A DNA stretch of 64,000 nt from Thecamonas trahens ATCC 50062 (Eukaryota > Protista > Apusomonadida), in contig NW_013657612.1 in the NCBI RefSeq assembly GCF_000142905.1, positions 6,159 to 70,158 of the forward strand. Direction: 5' to 3'. This document shows positions 22,201 through 33,400 of the stretch, in pieces. The stretch's first letter is position 1. The number at the start of each line of letters is the position of its first letter. The translations under genes were made by a program, and so were the position numbers. Under the pieces are notes generated by a model. The model was not told the origin of the DNA, ran no database searches, and was given only the letters and a program-made list of their open reading frames with translations.

Positions 22201-25200
22201 AGAGCGAGTCGACGTCTGTGGGCGGGACGTTGAGCATGAAAAAGTGCCGCTTGAAGCGCTCAGACATGGGGTTACGCCCGCCGCCGGGCGGTCCGCACGA
22301 GCCGACAAGTGTCACGTCCTCGACACGCTTCCAGAACAGCGCCGGGCGGTCGTACCACCCGCCGTAGTCGAGGTACTGGCGGAGGAGCTCGATGGCTGGC
22401 TGCGAGTCGGAGACCGGGTCGACAGCCGGCATGTTGATGTCGTCGACAAACAGGACGACGCGCTTGCCGTTCATGCCGCGGAGCACATCCTTGGCGCGGC
22501 GCTTCTCGAGCTTGTTCTCGATCATCAGCTGGGTCCGCTGCGACGAGGTCTGCGCCGAAAAGTTGATGGCGATTGTTTGCCACGAGGCGCCGATCCTGCC
22601 CATGCCCCCGTTGCCGCCCGAGGCGAGGGCAGCCGACGACGGGCCGGTCGCGAGGTTGACCATGGAGCCTCCGCCCGAGGCGAAAGAGCCCTGCTGGGCG
22701 CCGCCGGCAAGCTGGCGGAGCCAGTTCTGGACCACCACAGTCTTTCCGGTCCCGGTTGCGCCGTTGATGAGGACGTGACCGCGGAGGACTGACGAGCCCG
22801 AGGCGAGAGGGCCGGAGCCGCCCTGCGGGACAAGAGCGTTGAGGAGGAACTGCATGCACACGGTCTCGGCGGTGGGCACGAGCATCTGCCAGAACGGCAC
22901 CCCTGGGGTCCACGAGAACTCGGGGACGAGGTCGTCCCATGGGGCAAACGACTTGCGCTCCGGGTCGACAAAGTAGTGGTAGACGGTCTTGGTGCCTGGA
23001 ATGGCGGCAACGTCGGCAAAGGCCTCCTGGACAAAGGCGTCAAAGCCCTCACGCGAGCCAGCGGCGAGGTTGCCACCGAGGCCCCACACAAAGGCAAAAA
23101 CAAAGATGTCCTCGGCGAGCGAGACGGCGTCGGCAGAGTCGGCGTCGGGGTCAAAGCCGGCGTGCGGGGTGAGGAGGCCGGTGAGGAGCTTAACGACGCC
23201 AGCTACGAGCGAGGCGTCGCACGAGACAACCTCCTCGGTGCAGTATTGACGGATGTAGTCGAGACCAGGAGGAACGTGGGCAGCAAAGAGCTCGGCAAGG
23301 CGGTCCTTGACCTCCAGAGGAATGTGGGAGGTGGCCTGCGAGCGGAGCCAGGCGCGGACCGGCGGCTCCCAGCCGAGGTCAACAGGCTCAAGGTAGACCA
23401 TACCGCAGCGCGAGACGGTGGCGGGCGAGGCCTTGGCAAGGTTGAGGACCTCGAAGAGAAGGCGGATGGACGGGGTGAGGTTGATGCGAGCCGAGTTGGG
23501 CAAGCACAGGAGCTTGTTGTCGTCGAGCACGGTGTTCATGTTCTCGATCCACTTGGAGTCGACAGGCCCGTCGAAGACGACCCATTGCAGCTTGGGAGGA
23601 CTCGACTTGCCGCCCTGCGGGCTGTCGCTCGGTCCCGGAGCCGAGGCCTTGACGGCAGCTGAGACCATGTTGCCGATGAGGCCCGGGGTGTACTCGCGCG
23701 AGGTCAGGTCGACATGGCCGTAGAGCTCGTCCATGGTCACGGCCTTGGGGTTGAGCACGTACTTGGTGACACCGGTGTAGAGCGGCGAGGCTGACGAGGC
23801 GGGACGGGAGGCGAGATCATCAAGCGCGTCTGCGAGGACGTTGACGGCGACAGACTTGCCGCCGCCGGACTTGCCGACGACCATGACGCCGTGACGGACG
23901 CAGAGGGTCTCCCACAGCTGGCGGACCTTGACAATTTGCTTGTCGACGATCTCGAGGCCGCGGGCGAGGGCGGCCGACTCGACGGCAGAGACGAGGTCAC
24001 CAAAGTCCTCGTCGGGGAGCTCGAGGCCCGGGAACAGGTCTGCGAGGATGCCCTGGAAGAGCGGAAGGTCCTCGGCAAGGAACTTGGGCACGTTAGAGTC
24101 GCGGAGGGCGCGGATGAGGACAACGTCCTCGTCGAGCTGCGGGTTGCTCCGCTTGAGGGTACCGGCCATGACGAGGACGGATTTGATGGCGCGCATGCCA
24201 AAGTCGTAGTGGTCCTGCTGGGAGAGCTGCTCGGAGCAGAGGCGATAGAGCTGGGTCATCTTGCGGGAGAGGACGGTGGCCGACTCAAAGCCCTCTGCGT
24301 AGAGCACGATTTCGGCAATCATGGCGTAGTCCGGGATCATCATGGCGACTGGGCGGAAAAGGGCGGCGAGGTTATCGGGCAGCTCTGTCCGGCCGGTGTA
24401 CGACGGGTTCATGGTGATAAAGTAGGCGCAGCGATCGTTGAGCGAGATACGGCGGCCCTCAAATTCAAAGAGGCCGTCGGGCGAGGGCGCGACGCGGGCG
24501 CGCTGGATGGTGAGAATCTGGGTGGCGATGACGGAGAGGACCTCGACCTCAATGCGGTTAAACTCGTCAAAGCAACACCATGCGCCGGACTGGGCAAGGC
24601 CGGCAAAGTAGCGGCCCATCATGGCGACCTCGAGCGACTCTGAGCAGTTGAAGACAACACACTGGATGGCCAGCGCCTTGGCGAGGTCCTTGACGGTCTC
24701 GGTCTTGCCTGTGCCTGCCGGGCCTGCCGGCGAGCCACCCATGTTGAGCGCCATGGCGCCGGTGAGAGTGAGGTAGCAGCGGTCGGTGAGCGGTGTGATG
24801 ACGAGTCGCGGCGAGCAGCCGAGGTACTCGTAGCCGTACTCAAAGCGGGCGTTGGTTTGCTCCATGAACAGCTCCTCGGCCTCCGAGTCCCAGTAGTAGC
24901 GAAGCTGCTTCTTCCAGAGGAAGGCCGAGTCATCGGCGACCTTTGCCGCCCAGAGCGAGGAGACGATGTCGCGCGAGTGGACTTCGATGGTGAGGAGCGA
25001 GCCGAGAGCCTTGCGCTGGAGCTTGGTCAGCTCGCCCTGGACGAGGAGGGCGAGCGCGGAGAGCTGCTTGAACGACTTTTCCTTGAGCCGGTTGAGGGCG
25101 TTGCGGGTGTTGTCTGCACGGAGCGAGGCCTCGACCTCGCGAGCCCAGAGGACTTGCGAGATGGCGAGAACGAGCTGTGCACAATGGTCAAAGATCCACT

Positions 25201-28200
25201 GCTCGCGCGGCTTTGCGGCGGCAAGGTAGTCGGTGAGCGCGTCACGGCCGCGCTTCTTGAGCGACGAGCGCATGGCCTCCTCGACTTTTGAGAGCCACGA
25301 CTCGACGGCCTCGGAGCGGGTCTTGACGGAGCGGGTGAGGACAAGGCGCTCGCCCTCTGACGAGACGAGGGCGACAATGTCCATGGAGGAGCGGCCAGAG
25401 GGCTCGGGAGCGGAGAACTCGAGGGCAGCAACGTTGGAGAAGCACTTAAGGAGGTGCGGCTGGACAGCGGCTGGGTTCTTGGACTCTGCGAGAATTTCGA
25501 GGAGCTCGTCGTTGGACAGGAAATAGAAGCGCGGGAAGAAGGAGCGCTTGCCCTCGAGCTTGGACTCGAGCGAGGCTTGGACCTGCTCGAGAATGCGATT
25601 GTTTGCGCGGAGCTGCTCGAGCATGCCAGGCTCGAGGACGGCGTCGAGGCATCGCGGGCCGTCCTGGACGCGGCGCATGATGGCGTTCCACGAGCGGTGG
25701 ACTTCGCGAAACATCTTCTCCTCTTCGTACAGCTGCTTGACGATTTCCGAGTTGGAGAAAATGGTCTCAAAGTACATCCACTGGGCCTGGCAGACGAGCC
25801 AGGCTTCGAGCGTCTCCTTGAACAGGCGGAGGTTGCGGTCCCAGGCCTCGGCCTCGGGCTTGATGGGCCCGACGTAGCGCGAGCCGAGGACGGTAGAGAC
25901 AAGGATGAGCGAGTCCTCGAGGGCCTGAGCAATTTCCTCTGTGGAGCCGAGGATGTACATGTCGCGCGAGTCGCGGTAGCGGAGAACGATGAACTCTTCG
26001 TTGGCCCATGTGGACTGGACCTTCTCGAGCATCTCGGTGAGGTTGGCCTCGTTTGTGGCCTCGAGTGAGACTTGCTGGATACGGTCGGCAGCCTCGAGGA
26101 CGTCAAGCATGAGGAGCGAGCCGAGAGTAAAGTCGTCGCCGCGGGCAATGATGCGGGCCGAGCCGAGCTTCTCCTGGATGTCCTCCCAGTGGCGGAGCTG
26201 GAGCGCCGAGTTGCGGAGGTTGACGATGATGGGGACAAAGATCTGGAAGTCGTCGACGAGGTCGCGGAGCTTGGGCACCACCGGGTTCGGTGGGAGGCCG
26301 CGCTCGAGTTTCATGCAGACCTTGACAAAGTGTTGCACCTTTGACGCGAGGGCGGCGGCGTCGATCGAGTCGAACGGGGTCGAGCGCCATGTCTCTTGCA
26401 GCCCCTCCCACTCTGCAAACGAGGACCAGAGCATCTCCTTGAGAGCCAGGTCAGACATGGTCTCTTCGAGCTCCTCAAACTTGGAGACCGGGACCTTGAA
26501 AGTCTTCTGGAAGCGAATGTACTTGGATGCCTGCTCCTTGAGGGCCTTGATGCGTGCAGTGAGAGTGGAGACGTAGTCGATCATTTCGGCGACGCCCGAG
26601 GCGTCTGAGAGGACGCGCTCGTGCTGGGCGAGGTGCTTGACGTCGAGGATGAGGTTGCGCAGCTCGGCGATCTTCTTCTCGAGCTGGGTGGCAAAGACCT
26701 GGATGTTCTTCTCGCGCTCCTCCTCGGCAAAGGCGATTTTGGCCTTGAGGGACTGGACGAGCGGGGCAAGGGTGCGGAAAGAGGCATACTCTTCGAGGTT
26801 GTGGATCTCTGGGCGGTAGCCGACAATGACACCATACATGGCCTTGACGAGGTCCTCCTCGTCCTCGAGCTCGTCCTGCTCGACGGTGAGGGTCTCGAGG
26901 TAGGCAAGCTTCTCGACAAAGTGCTCGACCTTGGTGGGGACGGCGTCGAGGCGGGCGTGCGCGGCGTTGAGGCGGGTGAGGAGAGCCGAGTTGCGGTCCG
27001 AGGCGAGGCGCGGGAGAAGATCCTCCAGCACAGCGAGGCACTTGGCCGGCGAGGGCGCAAACGAAGCCTTGAGCGCGGACGAGTCGATCTGGATGATGCC
27101 GACGGAGGAGGAGACCGGCATGAGACCCATGAGCGACATCTGGGCGCGGTAGCGGGTCATGGAGGCAGCGAACCACTGGAGCGGCGGGCCACGGGCCTCG
27201 ACGAGCGAAATGTCCATGAGCTCTGCCGAGCGGTGGATGGTCCAGAACGGCTCAAAGACGGCGAGGTAGTCCGAGGCGGCGATGAACGACTTTGCGAGCG
27301 AGTCCTTGACGTGTGCGAGCAGGCGCTGGTACTTGGAGTCGCCCTCAAGGACTTCAAGGAGGACGGGCCCGTCACCAACTTCAGAGACGTCAAACTGCTC
27401 CGAGAGGGTGGGCGTGACGTAGCGGGCAAGGAACTCCTTGTTCTTGATCAGCTTGTGCTTTTCCATGTTGGAAAGAATGACGAGCTGGAAGTTGCGGATG
27501 ATAGAGTCGATGGCGTCGTGGAAGGTACCGCGATCAGGGGCAAAGGCCAGCTCCGAGTACTTGAGCTCGAGGGCGATGCGGAAGAGCGGCGGACGCGGAG
27601 CGGCGGTGGCCTGGGTCACCATGGACGAGGCAGCAGCCGTGAGGTCACTGGCAGCGGCGGTGGCGGCGGCAGCGTCGAGGAGCGACGAGCGCTCGTCAAA
27701 GGCACCGTTGATCTCCTGCGGATCGAGCGACGAGCCAGGCTCGACACCGGTACCACCGGCGACAGACGAGACAAGCTTGGCCATAGAGGCGATGCGAGCA
27801 CGGACGGCAGCCTGAGCACCGTCGTCGGGCATGACGGCCTGCAGCAGGTCCCACACGGTGTTGACCGCGAGCTGGTGGAGGGTGTCGATGATGAGGTAGT
27901 CGGCGAGCTTGATAAAGTTGGCCAGACGACGGCATTCGGTGCGCTTGGCAGCAAGGAACGTGTAAGACAGCGGGGCGACCGAGTCAGAGAGCGATGCGCG
28001 GCCGAGCGAGTCGCCGGGCGCCGGCCCGTCCGACGTCGACGAAGCTCCGAGGCGGGCGTCGAGCGAGGAGGCCTGGCCAGCAGAGGCATGCTGGGCACGG
28101 CCACCGGAGCGGCGCGACTGTTCCTCGTCAAATCCGGCACGCGAGAGCGCATACTCGCAGGCCTCGGCGACGGTGGCCTCGACGGCGGCGTTGAAGGTGG

Positions 28201-29458
28201 CCAGGCGTTCGAGGAGGTACTCGCGGTGTTCGTCCTGGAGCACGACAAACATCTCGAGAGTGAGGGTGGTGCCGGGCGCCATTCGGTGGAGGCGCTCCTG
28301 GGAGAGCTCATAGCAGAGCGAGCGGAGCTTGCGGAGCGCGTGGCCGAGGATGTCGTTGGCGATAAAGAGGTGCTGCGAGAGAATGGAGCGGCAGAGCGCC
28401 GACTTTTTGGACCAGACGTTGCCGCGCCACATGGTGTAGCTCTTCCACATGCGGTACTTGTCAAAGATGGGGATGCGCTTGATGCGCGAGTAGAGGAGGT
28501 ACTCGCGGAGCCACTGGACAAGAGGGACAAACTCGGCGACGCCCTCGACAAAGTGGGTCACGCCCGACGACGAGAGTGTAAAGTAGTCACTCGAGTCGAT
28601 GCCTGCGTGCGAGACAATGGCAACCTTGTACGGGTTGAACTCGGGCGAGCCCTTGCGGACCGGCTTGAGGTAGACAAACTCGAGCGAGTCGGGGTTCTTG
28701 AGCAAGTGCTCCACAAACCATAGCGGGTCCGACTTGTCCGCGTGCGGGAGTTCGTCACGGAGCTTGCGGAGGAGGAGCCCGGTCTCGGTTTGCTCCAGCA
28801 CAACGTCCGCGAGCGACTTGGCGCCACCCTCATCGCCTGCGGCACTCTCTCCAACACCCGTACCACCAGCAGCAGTTACAAGAGAGCGCTGCTGCGGCGG
28901 CGATGACGAGAGCGCCGTAGCCTTTGTGGGATCGGGTGCAAATGAGACCTTTGACCGCCGCGAGGGGATGAGCCCGACCGAGCCACCCGCCAACGACGAA
29001 GTCCGCTGACCGGAGCGATACGCCTCGACCCGCTCTGCGCGGAGAATAGGCAGTGTGGAGGCCGGCGGCTTGACGGCAACATTGTTGGCGGCAGCATCGG
29101 TTGCAGTCTTGACCGCAGTGTTGACGGCAGCGTTGGCGTTGGCGGTGGCGGTGGCGGTGGCAGTGGCGCCCTCGCGACGGGAGAGCTTCCGTGTTTCGTA
29201 AGCCGGCGGGCGAGGAGCGAGGGCCTGGGTCACCCGAGCCGAGGAGAGCAGAGGCGGGAGCGTAGCCGGGCGACGCGAGGTGGAGGAAGAGCTAGACACA
29301 GCAGGGATTGCAGGTGTGGCGGTGGTGGTGTTGGTAGAGGTGGTGGTGGGGCGGACATAGAGGCGCGAGGTCAGGAGTGCAGGGTCGATGGTCCGGACCT
29401 TGAGGCCTCTGCGCGACCGGTGGAGGCCTGTGGTACGGGGCGCACCACGTTGGTCCAT
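16221..29458 (-). CDS. DNAH6: Axonemal inner-arm dynein heavy chain, DNAH6-like (~4400 aa; one -1 break at ~18015)
   Basis: P-loops GPAGTGKT, GKSGGGKS, GATGTGKT, GVSGTGKR; FPRFYFLSNDELL, LAQSGAWCCFDEFNRI, YDFGMRA; stalk/MTBD; IDPQGQA; after the break LSLGKGQG, WVFLQNCHL, C-terminal HWILRGVAL. The N-terminal FVYL..NPY..YFTLS..GVTH..QW block is typical of the DNAH6/14 group. Likely ATG at 29458 (MDQRG). Confidence 0.9.
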
Positions 29459-29843
29459 ATGTGTGAGGGTGTGGGCGTTGTGGGGATGGGTGGGCGGAAG
29501 GGGTGTGGGGTGTGGGGGGTTGTGAGGGGTGGGAGAGGTGGTGTGTGGGGAGTGCTGTGTGGGAGGAGAGGGGGGAGGGGGGGGGGGGGGGGGGGAGTGC
29601 GAGGAGGCGGAGACAGCGGGTGTTTCAACGGCGCGCGGGAAGGAGAGTGGGGGGGTGGGTGGGGGGTGAGGGACAAAAATATTTTTAGGTTGAGACACGA
29701 CGCGGGAGGTGGGAGGGTGACCTTCCAATGCCAATGCAAAGGTCTGTCTTTGGCTCGCTGCAGCGGCCACCACGGCTGCAGCGGCTGCCACGGCTGTACG
29801 GCAAGACACCGCACGTGACTGAGGAGACGGACGGGTGTAAGGG

Positions 29844-30404
29844 ATGTCTGCGTCTGCACTGAGCAAGTTCGGGTGGGTGGAGAAGCGGGGCAAGGTGCGC
29901 AAGGCATGGAAGCGGCGGTGGTGCATGTTCCGGTCGGACGGGGCGCTGGTGTACTTCAAGACGAGCCAGGATGTGGCTGCGCCAGCATGGGCATCAGCAC
30001 GTGGAGCTATTGGTCTGACTGGAGCGAGTGTGAGTGCGGTGGAGGCGGACAAGGATGGCAAGCATGGTCTGGCTATTGCTGTCTCTTCATCAAAGCGCAT
30101 CTATGCTATTCGATGCTCATCCATGCCCGAGAGGGACTCGTGGCTAGCCGCCATCCAAGGCGCCATCGAGCTCGCTTCGGGGGCTGCCGATGGCGATGAC
30201 GCCGACGGAAGGGATCTAGCTCCGGATGCAGAGTCTCGATTGTACTCGCCGGTGGTTTTCGACTCGTCCGGCGTCCATCATCCCTCGCTCCCTGACGAGG
30301 CCTTTGATCCGCACGGAGCGCAGAAAGAGGCGGCAGCACGCGGGCGCGGCGACGATCCCGTGCTTGCCGACGACACCTGGGACGCCATCCTCGACATGGC
30401 GTAG
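29844..30404 (+). CDS. Small PH-domain protein
   Basis: KFGWVEKRGKVRKAWKRRWCMF..LVYFK..GAIGL..RIYAI..ERDSWLAAIQ is a canonical PH fold with a basic phosphoinositide-binding signature. Confidence 0.92.
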   Translation: MSASALSKFGWVEKRGKVRKAWKRRWCMFRSDGALVYFKTSQDVAAPAWASARGAIGLTGASVSAVEADKDGKHGLAIAVSSSKRIYAIRCSSMPERDSWLAAIQGAIELASGAADGDDADGRDLAPDAESRLYSPVVFDSSGVHHPSLPDEAFDPHGAQKEAAARGRGDDPVLADDTWDAILDMA

Positions 30405-30433
30405 CGCGCGCTTGGCAGGTAGCGGGTTTGGTT

Positions 30434-33400
30434 TTAGTTCGGGTGCGCCGCGGGGTCGGTGTTGCCGTCAGCGCCGCCGGCAAGGAAGCCCTCGAGGTGG
30501 CGCGAGTACGCCGGGTAACCCTGGCCGGCACTGCCGTTGTCGTGGCTCGGGCCCTCGCGGTTCTCGGCCGGCGACTGCGCAGCGGCAGCCTGGTCGTAAG
30601 CGGCGAGGAGCGAGAAGACGTCCTCGATAGCGACGCCAGCCGCGTTTGCGGCGTCGTTGTCGGGCGCCGGGGCCTGGGTCTGAGTCTGAGCAGAGGGCTG
30701 AGCCGGCGGGCTGGTCTGCCGCTGCTGGTGAGCGACGGCGGTGGCCTGTGCCTGGAGCTGGGTGCGGGTCGCCTCCTCGTCGGCGAGCTGGTCGGTGAGC
30801 GAGAGGGTGATGAGGTGGGTGAAGAGCATGTCCTTGAGATCCTTGAGCACATCCTCCTCAAAGACGGCAATGTCCATACCAGAGTACCGCGCGAGGATGT
30901 CCGAGAACGCGGCAAACTCGTTGGTGTCGACGGGCCGGTTGAGCTTGGTGTACTTGAACTCGGCAAAGAGGCCCTCGAGGATCTGGCGGACGACGTCGTT
31001 AAACTTGCCGCCCGACTCGGGCATGGCCGCCAGCGCCTTGAACAGATTGCCAAACTCGGTGAGGAGCGCGTCGTTGATGTAGACGTCGACGTGGTAGTTG
31101 GTGAGGATGTGGTTCATCGTGGCCTCCATCGACGAGGTTGTCGACTCGTCGTCGCCGTCGCCGTCGCCGTCGCCACCGTCGTTGTCGCCCTCGGCGGGAG
31201 TCTGAGCTTCCTGCTCGACAGCTTCGTCCGCGGCCTCCTCGCCCGCAAACTCGCCGAGGTCCAGCCCAAGGGCGGCCGGGTCGATCCCGGCCGAGCGCGC
31301 CATGTCGACGATGGCCTGCTGCTGGGCAAGGAGGTCTGCGCGGCGGGCCTCGAGGGCGGCCTTGCGCGACTGGTGGTACTCGAGCTCGGCGCGGGCGGCG
31401 GCAAGCTCGTCCTCCATGGCGCGGGCCTGCGAGGTCGACGCCGTCGCCGAGTCGGCAGCCGAGAGCTCACCGGTGGCGTCGGGGCGCTGGGTCGGCGGCT
31501 CGGGCGTGATCGAGACGTGACGCTCTGCACGGGTCGCCTCGTAAAACCGGGCGTCTTCGGGCGACTCGCCCTCGTCCTCGGATGCGAGCGAAGGCTCGTC
31601 GTCGTTGACCGACTCGGCGTAGTCGTAGGCTGCAGCGGCGGGAGCAGCGGCGGCGGCGACGGGAGCAGCGGCGACGGGCCGCGAGGTCACCACCGCGCGT
31701 GGCGTGGTCGGCGAGTCGACAGCAAACTTGTTCGGCGAGTCCTGGACCGACTGAATAAAGTAGTTGATCTGGTCGAGGGCATGCATCTCCTCCATGATCT
31801 TGTTGCGAATGACAGTGGTGGTCGGGTCGTCGTCGACGGTGGCGGTGCCGCCGGCAGCCAGCGGAGCGTCAAAGGTGACGGTCCGCGGCGGACGCTCCTT
31901 CTTGGCCGGCGGCGGGGCCTTCTTGAGCTTGCGGGCTCGCTTGCGTGCGGTGCGGGTCTCGGCGGACCGCTCGCGGAGCTCATCATCGTCGGTCGGGTGC
32001 CGCTTGGCGCCGACCTTGGGCGCGTGCTCGTCGAGGTACGCGGCCTCGGCGGTGACATCGTGCAGGAGGCGGTCGAGCGAGGCGAGGACTCGGACCCGAA
32101 GGAGCGGCGTGTCAAACTGCGCGAGCAGGGTAAAGAGCTGCGAGACGTAGCTCGGGTCGTCTTCGACGCGGACAATAAACTGCACGGCAGCCTCGTAGAC
32201 GGCCGAGTCGAGGCCGACTGAGGCCACCGACGACGCGCCATCGTCGCCATCGTCATGGCCGCCACTGTAGCTTCCGGCGCGCGCGAGCTCGGCGTTGAGC
32301 GTTGCGAGCAGGTCGGCAGTTCCGGCAGGGTGTGCCGAGTCGAGCGAGAGCACGTCTGGGGCCGCGGCGCCGGAGGGAACGCCGCTGGCGCGGGCGTCGG
32401 ACCCATGCCCGGCCTCTGACTCGGACTCTTGCGAGTCGCTAAAGTAGCGGACAAAGTCCTTAAAGAACGCCTTTTGCTCGGCGCGCGACGAGAGCGACTT
32501 GGCGTACGAGACGGCAAGCTGCAGGTCCTGCAACTTGATGTTCGAGGCATACAGCTCGTCCTCAAGGAAGCGGGTTGAAAGCGAGTCGGCCTCGGAGACC
32601 GAACCGTCTTCGCCGGCAGCGTACGCGCCAAACACGTTGTCGCCCGACACGGCGGCAATGTCGTCGCGAGTTGCGCCGAGCATGTCGTACAGGCCGCCGA
32701 TGCGGGCCTGGAGCGCCTCCATCTCGGCAGCCTGGGCCTCAAAGGCCGGGCCCGGCACCGGCGCGTGCGCCTGCTGAGCGGAGCGCGACGGCGAGTGCGA
32801 TGCAGCGCGTGCGGGGCGCGGGGCTTCGGCCGGCGACGAGGCCGACGCCGACGCGGCAAACGAGGCCGAGAGCGCCTGCGGGGGCGTGGCCTTGCGTTGC
32901 TGCGTGTACTGAGACTGGAGCTGCGACCACTGGGCGGCGAGCTGGTCGAGGATGTTGACCGAGTTGCCGCCAGCGCTCGACTCGCGCTGGACGGTGGCAA
33001 GCAGGTTGTAGATGCCGTCTTCGTCAAGCTCTTCACGCGAGGCCTCGCGGCGCGGCGCAGGGGCCGCCGCCGCCGTCACTGGCGCGGTGCTCGCCTTGGC
33101 CGGCGACGCCTGCTGGTTCACCAGCTGCTCCTGCAGCCAGCGGAGGTTGAGCAAGTGGGCTTTGCGGAGCTCGGCGAGGTCTTCGACTGGCATGTTGGCG
33201 GCGTCCTCGGCCGTGAGTGGCTGCGAGGAGCTGCGGGCGAGCGGCGGGGCCTGCGACGAGGCGCGCGGCTTGGCCGGCGAGAAGATGTCGCGGCGGACGG
33301 CGGCGGACGGCGGCGGGGCCGAGGCCTGGCGCGGAGCCTTGGCCGGCGACGGTGAGGCCTGGCGCTGCTCGGCGGCGGCGGTTGCAGCGCGAAGCTCCTG

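Noticed and set aside
29459-30100. N-terminal extension of dynein overlapping the PH gene
   Set aside because: It is the antisense of the PH gene plus C-rich intergenic sequence; the credible start is 29458
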